Origin: Lysobacteraceae bacterium
Lineage (GTDB): Bacteria > Pseudomonadota > Gammaproteobacteria > Xanthomonadales > Rhodanobacteraceae
Reading direction: 5' to 3'
Assembly (NCBI GenBank): GCA_018971925.1
Contig: JAGWZT010000001.1
Span: 1 to 35,050, forward strand
Length of the DNA: 35,050 bases
Under the pieces are notes generated by a model. It had not been told where the DNA came from and ran no database searches. It was given only the letters and a program-made list of their open reading frames with translations. The translations under genes were made by a program, and so were the position numbers. Numbering within the stretch: position 1 is the stretch's first letter; the number at the start of each line of letters is the position of its first letter. Shown here one piece after another: positions 1 through 6,217 of this stretch.

Positions 1-1040
1 TGAAGATGCCGATGTTCTGCTGGTCGTGGCTGATCACCTCGTTCCTGGTGATCGCGGTGATGCCGGTGCTGGCCGGCGCGGTCACGATGATGCTGTTCGA
101 CCGCTTCTTCGGCACCAACTTCTTCAATGCCGCGGCGGGTGGCGACCCGGTGATGTACCAGCACGTGTTCTGGTTCTTCGGGCATCCCGAGGTCTACATC
201 ATGATCCTGCCCGCGTTCGGGATCATCTCGGAAATCGTGCCGACCTTCTCGCGTAAGCCGCTGTTCGGCTACAAGGCGATGGTGTACGCAATCGCGTGCA
301 TCGCGTTCCTGTCGTTCATCGTGTGGTCGCACCACATGTTCACCGTCGGACTTCCGCTGGGCGCCGAGGTGTTCTTCATGTTCTCTACGATGCTGATCGC
401 GGTGCCGACCGGCGTGAAGATCTTCAACTGGGTCACCACGATGTGGCGGGGCTCGCTAAGCTTCGAAGTGCCGATGCTGTGGGCGATCGCGTTCATCGTG
501 CTGTTTTCGATCGGCGGTTTCTCCGGCGTGATGATGGCGCTGGTGCCGGCCGACTTCCAGTACAACCAGACCTACTTCATCGTCGCGCACTTCCACTACG
601 TGCTGGTGGGCGGCGCGCTGTTCTCGATCATCGGCGCGGTCTACTACTGGCTGCCCAAGTGGTCGGGCCACATGTACTCGAACTTCTGGTCCAAACTGCA
701 CTTCTGGTCCAGCGCGATCTCGGTGAACGTGCTGTTCTTCCCGCAACACTTCCTCGGCCTCGCCGGCATGCCGCGCCGCATCCCCGACTACAACGTCGCG
801 TTCGCCGACTGGAACATGGTCTCCTCGATCGGCGGTTTCTGGTTCGGTGCTACCCAGTTGATCTTCGTGGGCGTGGTGATCCACTGTGTGTTCTTCTCCA
901 AGGCCAAGGCCGCCTCGCGGGTGTGGGAACACGCCTACGGGCTGGAGTGGACGCTGCCGTCGCCGGCGCCGCATCACAGCTTCACGGTGCCGCCGGTGAT
1001 CGACGACAGCCAGCTTGCACACGGCGACGTGAGTCATTGA
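1..1040 (+). CDS. ctaD: cytochrome c oxidase subunit I (aa3-type), 5'-truncated by the window edge
   Basis: The reading frame is open from the window edge (codons phase from nt 3) to TGA at 1038-1040. The translation carries the subunit I signature DPVMYQHVFWFFGHPEVYIMILPAFG, followed by HFHYVL and FFPQHFLGLAGMPRRIPDY. Confidence 0.97.
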   Translation, partial: KMPMFCWSWLITSFLVIAVMPVLAGAVTMMLFDRFFGTNFFNAAAGGDPVMYQHVFWFFGHPEVYIMILPAFGIISEIVPTFSRKPLFGYKAMVYAIACIAFLSFIVWSHHMFTVGLPLGAEVFFMFSTMLIAVPTGVKIFNWVTTMWRGSLSFEVPMLWAIAFIVLFSIGGFSGVMMALVPADFQYNQTYFIVAHFHYVLVGGALFSIIGAVYYWLPKWSGHMYSNFWSKLHFWSSAISVNVLFFPQHFLGLAGMPRRIPDYNVAFADWNMVSSIGGFWFGATQLIFVGVVIHCVFFSKAKAASRVWEHAYGLEWTLPSPAPHHSFTVPPVIDDSQLAHGDVSH

Positions 1041-1045
1041 TTTTT

Positions 1046-1251
1046 GCGATCGTCCCTGATCGCTGCGAAATGAGGCGACTGCGCGGGGAACGGTCATCAG
1101 CAATAGCAACACCAACTCGGCCACCCTTGGCCTGGAATATTTCTGCGATCATCCATGATCGCTGCGCAATGAGGCGATGGTGCGAGGAACAGTCGGCAGC
1201 AATGGCAACATCACCTCGGCCATCCATGGCCTTGTTTTCCACAAAAGCGGC
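1046..1251 (+). repeat. tandem dimer (period 99 bp) of a dispersed intergenic repeat with hairpin termini
   Basis: Copy A is 1046-1132 and copy B is 1145-1231, with a tail to 1251. Both start with GCGATC(G/A)TCC(C/A)TGATCGCTGCG and end with CGGCCA(C/T)CC(T/A)TGGCC. The same termini recur at 13188-13402 (reverse orientation) and at 28238-28345. Confidence 0.85.
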
Positions 1252-1272
1252 TCCGTTTGAATTTCGCCAAGC

Positions 1273-1455
1273 ATGCTTCGAACACACGAAAACATTCAAT
1301 TGAACGAAAAACCGGCGCTGGACGAACTCGCGCAACGGAAGGCGCGTGCGCGCCGCACCGCATGGATCATCGCGGCGATCGCGATCGCGTTCTTCGTCGC
1401 CAGCCTGCTGCAGGGACATTTCGTGGGCATTCCCAATTGGGTCCCCACACGTTGA
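1273..1455 (+). CDS. small single-TM protein in the cox operon (candidate small assembly protein or subunit IV-like); start uncertain (ATG 1273 or TTG 1300)
   Basis: This 60-aa ORF lies between ctaD and ctaE. A basic stretch (RKARARR) is followed by one hydrophobic helix (TAWIIAAIAIAFFVASLL). GC3 is high only from about nt 1310 onward, and there is no clear RBS. Confidence 0.45.
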   Translation: MLRTHENIQLNEKPALDELAQRKARARRTAWIIAAIAIAFFVASLLQGHFVGIPNWVPTR

Positions 1456-1498
1456 CCGGGTCACACCGTTACGCCAGCCATACATCGGAATCCATGAC

Positions 1499-2374
1499 AT
1501 GAGCCAACTCGACGCCAACGTCTACTACGTTCCGCACAGCAGCCGCTGGCCGATCATCGCGGTGGTCGGCATGTTCCTGTTCATGACCGGGGCGGCGATC
1601 TGGTTGAACGGCTACGACGGGCCCGGGCAGATCGTCCTGACGATCGGCGCGCTGACCATCATCGGCATGATGTTCGGCTGGTTCAGCAACGTGATCCGCG
1701 AGTCGATGAAGGGCATCTTCAACGGCCAGGTCGATACCTCGTTCCGGATGGGGATGATGTGGTTCATCGTCTCCGAGGTGTTCTTCTTCGCGGCGTTCTT
1801 CGGCGGCCTGTTTTACATCCGCACCTTCGTGGTGCCGTGGCTGGGCGGCGCCGGCGACAAGGGCATCATCACCAACGGCTTCATCTGGCAGGGATTCTCC
1901 GCGGCGTGGCCGACCAACGGTCCCGACTCGGTGGGTGGCTCGTTCATCGCGACCTCGCCGTGGGGCATCCCGCTGATCAACACGCTGCTGCTGCTGTCGT
2001 CGTCCATCACCGTGACCATCGCGCACCATGCGTTGCGCGCGGGCAACCGCAAACGCCTGATCGGATTCCTGGGCCTCACCATCCTGCTGGGTGCCACCTT
2101 CCTTGGCCTGCAGGCGCACGAGTACTGGGAATCCTACGTCCACCTCAACATGACGCTGCATACCGGCATCTACGGCGCGACGTTCTACATCCTCACCGGC
2201 TTCCACGGCCTGCACGTGACGCTGGGCACCATCATGCTGATCGTGATGTGGCTGCGCTGCGTGCGCGGGCATTTCACGCCGCAGCACCACTTCGCGTTCG
2301 AGGCGGTGTCGTGGTACTGGCACTTCGTGGACGTGATCTGGCTTTGCCTGTTCCTGTTCGTGTACATCCTGTAG
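1499..2374 (+). CDS. ctaE: cytochrome c oxidase subunit III
   Basis: The internal ATG at 1499 (MSQLDANVYYVPHSSRWPIIAVVG) begins typical subunit III sequence through HGLHVTLGTIMLIVMWLR and FEAVSWYWHFVDVIWLCLFLFVYI. The longer ORF starting at 1346 begins with Arg/Ser-rich non-protein-like sequence. Confidence 0.95.
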   Translation: MSQLDANVYYVPHSSRWPIIAVVGMFLFMTGAAIWLNGYDGPGQIVLTIGALTIIGMMFGWFSNVIRESMKGIFNGQVDTSFRMGMMWFIVSEVFFFAAFFGGLFYIRTFVVPWLGGAGDKGIITNGFIWQGFSAAWPTNGPDSVGGSFIATSPWGIPLINTLLLLSSSITVTIAHHALRAGNRKRLIGFLGLTILLGATFLGLQAHEYWESYVHLNMTLHTGIYGATFYILTGFHGLHVTLGTIMLIVMWLRCVRGHFTPQHHFAFEAVSWYWHFVDVIWLCLFLFVYIL

Positions 2375-2427
2375 TCGTGCCGCGGCTCCGTTTCACTTTC
2401 GTGCGGGTTGCTCGGCATCGATCTCGA

Positions 2428-2454
2428 AATCCTTCCCCGAAAGGGGAAGGGATT
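2428..2454 (+). terminator. hairpin downstream of ctaE (CCTTCCCC-GAAA-GGGGAAGG), terminator-like
   Basis: An 8-bp G/C-rich stem with a GAAA loop sits at 2431-2450, with CATTTTG a few nt downstream. It belongs to the same pyrimidine/purine hairpin class seen at 6843, 6975, 23986 and 24071. Confidence 0.4.
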
Positions 2455-2515
2455 CATGCATTTTGAAATGGTCTTTCGCTGAATCAAGGCACGGCTGCCC
2501 ACGGTACGGGGCTCA

Positions 2516-4333
2516 ATGGAACGCGGGGCGTCACGATGGCTTTGGCTGGTCGCCTGCGCCCTGCTTGCCTGCGCAGGGTCTGCGTGGGCCGACGGGTGCA
2601 CGCTGGCCAAATACGGCACGCTGTCCGTCGAGATGATCGGCGAACGCCCCACCACGCTCGTCAAGGTCAATGGCGCGGTCACCCGCTTCGCGATCGACAC
2701 CGGCGCGTGGTTCAGCTTCATGTCGCGCGCCAATGCCGATGCGCTGGGACTGAAGCTTGTCCCCGCGCCGTTCGGTTTTCGCATGGGCGGGGTCGGCGGC
2801 TCTGCCGATGCGGAAATTGCCAGAATCAAGGACCTCGGCATCCTCGATACGGATTTGCGCAACGTCGATTTCGTGGTCGGCGGGTCGGACGCAGGGGAAG
2901 GATCGTTGGGCGCCAATCTGCTCGATTTCAAGGATCTTGAAATCGACCTCGCGCAGGGCAGAGTGACGCTGTTCAAACCGGAAGGCTGCCGCAAGTCGGC
3001 GCTGGCCTATTGGGTCAAGAAAGGCGGCACCTACAACGTTGCCGACTTGCACCCCTTTCATTTGAATGACCGACGCAGTTTTGTCGATGTGACGATAGAC
3101 GGCAAATCCATCCGCGCCTTGCTGGACAGCGGTGCCGCCGCCACCTTGCTTGACCGCCGGGCCGCCGAACGTATCGGCATCGATCTGAAAGGACCGGGCG
3201 TGAAGGCGGGTGGCCCTATCCGCGGCATCGGCGCCAAGACGTATCAGTCGTGGATCGTGCCCATCGACACGTTCTCGGTCGGCACCGAAACGATCCAGCA
3301 CAGCGAGATGCTGGTGATGGACGGCAATTTCAGCGATGGTTCGACCGACATGGTGCTGGGCGTCGATTTCATGCTGGCTCATCACATGTATATCGCCAAC
3401 AGCCAGCGCAAGCTCTATTTCACGTACAACGGCGGCCGCGTGTTTTCGCTGGATACCGCCTCGATCGGGGCGCACGAGTCGGCCGCTGCCGCGGCGAACG
3501 ATACGGGTGGCGAACCGAAGACGGCGACCGATTATGCGTTGCGCGGCCAGGCGCGTTTGGCGCGCGGCGAACTGGCGAACGCGCTTTCCGACCTGGATGC
3601 GGCCATCCGGTTGGATCCGGACAGCGCGGATGATCATTTGACACGTGCGCGCATCCTGCTCGCCCAGAAACAACCCAATGCGGCGCTGGACGATCTGGAC
3701 AAGGCGCTGGGCCTCGATCCGAAAAATCTCGATGTACTGCTGCTGCGCGCCCGGCTGCGCTACGGGAAAAAAGACGAAGCCGGCACCGCGGCGGATCTCG
3801 GGGCGGCGCGCCAGCTTGCTCCAACCGGTTCGATGCAGTCCCGTTCCGTCGCGTCGCTCTATGTCGCCATCGACGAGCCGGCCAACGCCGTGCCGTTGCT
3901 GGACGCGTGGATTGGTGCACATGAGGACGACGCTTCGCTCGGCAGCGCACTCAACGAACGCTGCTGGGCACGCGCCTTGGCCAATCAGTCATTGGACGAC
4001 GCCCTGCACGATTGCCGCGAGGCGATCAAACGCGACGGCGACCGCGCGGCTTATCTGGACAGCCTGGGCATGGTGTATCTGCGGATGGGCGACTACGCCG
4101 AATCGATCAAGGCGTACCAGCAGGCCCTCGCGCAATCGCCCCACACGGCATGGTCGCATTACGGCCTGGGCCTGGCCGAATTGCACAGCGGACAGGCCGA
4201 TGCCGGCAACGCCGAATTGGCAATGGCGCGTTCGCTCGACAAGGAGATCGACGCGCGTGCCGCCAAGTTTGGCCTGGTCGTGCCAGGCGCGTCTCCGGGT
4301 AAAGAAGTGTCCGGCGTACAGCCTTCCAGGTAG
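2516..4333 (+). CDS. secreted or lipoprotein-type protein with two retropepsin-like aspartic protease domains and a C-terminal TPR region
   Basis: The N-terminal signal WLWLVACALLACAGSAWA contains a possible lipobox (LLAC). The two domains share the pattern V.V/I.G....A..D(T/S)GA: VKVNGAVTRFAIDTGAWFSFMS (DTG at nt 2696) and VTIDGKSIRALLDSGAAATLLD (DSG at nt 3125). From about nt 3518 there are repeated TPR-like units (A..D.D.AI.LDP). Confidence 0.85.
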   Translation: MERGASRWLWLVACALLACAGSAWADGCTLAKYGTLSVEMIGERPTTLVKVNGAVTRFAIDTGAWFSFMSRANADALGLKLVPAPFGFRMGGVGGSADAEIARIKDLGILDTDLRNVDFVVGGSDAGEGSLGANLLDFKDLEIDLAQGRVTLFKPEGCRKSALAYWVKKGGTYNVADLHPFHLNDRRSFVDVTIDGKSIRALLDSGAAATLLDRRAAERIGIDLKGPGVKAGGPIRGIGAKTYQSWIVPIDTFSVGTETIQHSEMLVMDGNFSDGSTDMVLGVDFMLAHHMYIANSQRKLYFTYNGGRVFSLDTASIGAHESAAAAANDTGGEPKTATDYALRGQARLARGELANALSDLDAAIRLDPDSADDHLTRARILLAQKQPNAALDDLDKALGLDPKNLDVLLLRARLRYGKKDEAGTAADLGAARQLAPTGSMQSRSVASLYVAIDEPANAVPLLDAWIGAHEDDASLGSALNERCWARALANQSLDDALHDCREAIKRDGDRAAYLDSLGMVYLRMGDYAESIKAYQQALAQSPHTAWSHYGLGLAELHSGQADAGNAELAMARSLDKEIDARAAKFGLVVPGASPGKEVSGVQPSR

Positions 4334-4613
4334 CGTTGCGGAGGGCGGCCCTCAACCGCGATCACCCTCGCGGTCGAAAAGGCGTCGTGATATTGGCGCT
4401 TCGTGGGGTGGTTTAACTTTGCTTGTTCTTGTTTGTCTACAGTTTGGAAGGAGCGGGATCGGAGACCATGGGCCGGGCGCCGGCAGAACACGCCGCGGTC
4501 CCGTGTTTTCGCACTGATCTTGCCGACCGGTCGCTGCCTTCCGTTGCCCGCTCTTGCGAGACATCGCATGGTTGATCAGAGTTTGCGATAATTCCGGTTC
4601 TAGGTCCACACTC

Positions 4614-4838
4614 TCAACGCACGTATACGCCGTGCGGATGCAGCACGCCGGTCCAGATGCCGATCACGATCAGGACGATCAACAACACCGAGAATGCGAC
4701 GCGCCGCGTCAACGCCCACACGGTGCGGTTGCTGCCGGGACGGTCGGTCATCATGAAATACAGCGCCTGGCCCAGCTCGAAGATCACCACCAGAAACACG
4801 ATGACCAGCACGGCCTTGTATACGGTGGTGAATGACAT
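4614..4838 (-). CDS. twin transmembrane helix small protein (DUF2909), cox-cluster associated
   Basis: An internal ATG at 4838 gives 74 aa (MSFTTVYKAVLVIVFLVVIFELGQALYFMMTDRPGSNRTVWALTRRVAFSVLLIVLIVIG). That is two TM helices with the conserved central RxxxxLT.R motif. The gene sits in the usual position upstream of SURF1. Confidence 0.85.
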   Translation of the reverse strand: MSFTTVYKAVLVIVFLVVIFELGQALYFMMTDRPGSNRTVWALTRRVAFSVLLIVLIVIGIWTGVLHPHGVYVR

Positions 4839-4877
4839 GGCAAAGCCGTGTGCGGAAACGTCGAGTATAGCGTTGCG

Positions 4878-5648
4878 ATGTCGCCTTACGGTGCGCGAGG
4901 CGTGATTCGTGTACGGCGCCCGAGTGTATTCGCGGTGTTGCTGACCGTGTTCGGGGTCGCGGTGTTCTGCACGCTTGGCATCTGGCAATTGCGGCGCGCG
5001 GCGTACAAGGAAACCGTGTTGGCGCGTTTCAACAATGCCGCAAGCGCGCCGTTGGTGAGTCTTGCTGACGCGCGCGCAGATCGCGAGCCCGGTGCCTACC
5101 CGCACGTCAGGGTCACAGGAAACCTGGAAGGCGACCGGGTATACCTGCTGGACGACCAGATGCGTGCGGGGCGGTTGGGCGTGATGGTGTTCGTGCCGTT
5201 CAAGCCCGATGGTTCCGGGCGAGTGCTGCTGGCGAACCTTGGGTTCCTCGCGAGGATGGGACCCGACACCACCACGTTGCCGGATATTCCACCGATCCCC
5301 AGTCACGCGGTCACGCTTGACGGCATCTACGCGCCGCCGCCACTACCGGGCCTGAAGCTGGGCGGCAACCCGCTGCCGCGCGAGAAGGCCTGGCCCAAGC
5401 TGGTGACCTTCATTGACCTGCGGGAAATCGCCTCCGATCTCGGCGCCGCGGTTTATCCGCATGTATTGTTGACGGATCCCGACCCGCACAGCGCCTATAT
5501 CCGCAGCTGGACGGCGAACGTGATGCCGCCAACGCGGCATCGTGCGTATGCGCTGCAGTGGTTCTGTTTCGCGATCGCTGCGGTCGTGATGTTTTTCGTG
5601 CTGCATCGCGTGAAGCGCGATGACGCCACCGACTCCGCACAGGAATAA
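4878..5648 (+). CDS. SURF1 family cytochrome oxidase biogenesis protein; start ATG 4878 or GTG 4848
   Basis: The N-terminal TM helix is followed by the SURF1 signature LGIWQLRRAAYKE. The protein has the RVTGNLEGDRVYLLDDQ core and a C-terminal TM with HRAYALQWFCFA. Confidence 0.9.
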   Translation: MSPYGARGVIRVRRPSVFAVLLTVFGVAVFCTLGIWQLRRAAYKETVLARFNNAASAPLVSLADARADREPGAYPHVRVTGNLEGDRVYLLDDQMRAGRLGVMVFVPFKPDGSGRVLLANLGFLARMGPDTTTLPDIPPIPSHAVTLDGIYAPPPLPGLKLGGNPLPREKAWPKLVTFIDLREIASDLGAAVYPHVLLTDPDPHSAYIRSWTANVMPPTRHRAYALQWFCFAIAAVVMFFVLHRVKRDDATDSAQE

Positions 5649-5659
5649 AGGGTCCCTAG

Positions 5660-6217
5660 ATGGATTTGCGCAATCGACGCCGTCTGCAGGCCGTGGTAAT
5701 CGTGGCCATCTTCGCGGCCTCCATGATCGGCGCGGCCGTGATGATGGCCTCCGGATGGTCGCCGCCCACCCGCAGCTATGGCAAGCAAATCCGGCCCGAG
5801 CGCAATCTCGCGCAAATGCCGGTGCAACTGGGGGACGGCAAGCCGTTCGCGTTCCACGGGCGTGATGCAGCGTGGACGCTGGTCGCGCTGCCGGGACCGG
5901 ACTGCGCCGAACGCTGCCTGCGCGAACTCGACCTGGTGCACCGCGCGCAGATTACGCTGGACAAGCAGGCCGACATGTTGCGCCTGCTGTATCTCGGCGC
6001 ACCGCCGCAGGGTGCCGCGGCCGAAGGCTTCGGCAAGGTCTGGGCGCTCGCGACCACTTCTTCGCAGGCGCTCGAAGACTTCCGCGCCAAGACGCCCGAC
6101 AGCGTGAGCGCGGTCCTGGTCACGCCGAGCGGCAAGGCCATGCTGAGCTACCCGGCGGGCTTCGATCCAACGCGCTTGCGGCTGGATCTCAAGAAAGCGG
6201 TGAAGGTGGCCCTGTGA
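5660..6217 (+). CDS. membrane-anchored Sco-like (thioredoxin-fold-like) CxxxC protein of unknown function, cox-cluster associated
   Basis: One N-terminal TM helix is present. The segment WTLVALPGPDCAERCLRELDLVHRAQITLDKQADMLRLLYL parallels the Sco paralog in this window (VALLYFGYTHCPDVCPLTLVHLHTVLQKMGKAADDVRVLFV). Its stop codon overlaps the ctaA start (GTGATG). Confidence 0.7.
   Translation: MDLRNRRRLQAVVIVAIFAASMIGAAVMMASGWSPPTRSYGKQIRPERNLAQMPVQLGDGKPFAFHGRDAAWTLVALPGPDCAERCLRELDLVHRAQITLDKQADMLRLLYLGAPPQGAAAEGFGKVWALATTSSQALEDFRAKTPDSVSAVLVTPSGKAMLSYPAGFDPTRLRLDLKKAVKVAL

Noticed and set aside
1046-1251. Possible CRISPR array (also considered for 13188-13402)
   Set aside because: There are only two units per locus, the units are about 100 bp long with no short unique spacers between short repeats, and no cas genes are present. 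They are better described as REP/MITE-like dimers.
1273-1455. Possible Cox11 remnant or pseudogene in the ctaD-ctaE spacer
   Set aside because: No frame in 1041-1498 shows anything resembling the soluble Cox11 domain. The 60-aa ORF is just a basic stretch plus one TM helix, so a pseudogene call is unsupported.
2185-2994. 269-aa minus-strand ORF bridging the ctaE end and the protease gene start
   Set aside because: It is Ser/Arg/Pro-rich with no motifs, and it overlaps two well-supported plus-strand genes.
4403-4591. 62-aa ORF in the convergent gap
   Set aside because: It is Cys/Arg/Trp-rich and non-protein-like, has no RBS at a proper distance, and its codon usage is atypical for this genome.
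5872-6216. N-terminal extension of ctaA (542-aa ORF starting at 5872)
   Set aside because: The extension overlaps the 185-aa Sco-like gene in another frame and is Arg/Gly/Ala-rich. CtaA-like sequence begins only at the ATG at 6217, which overlaps the upstream stop.
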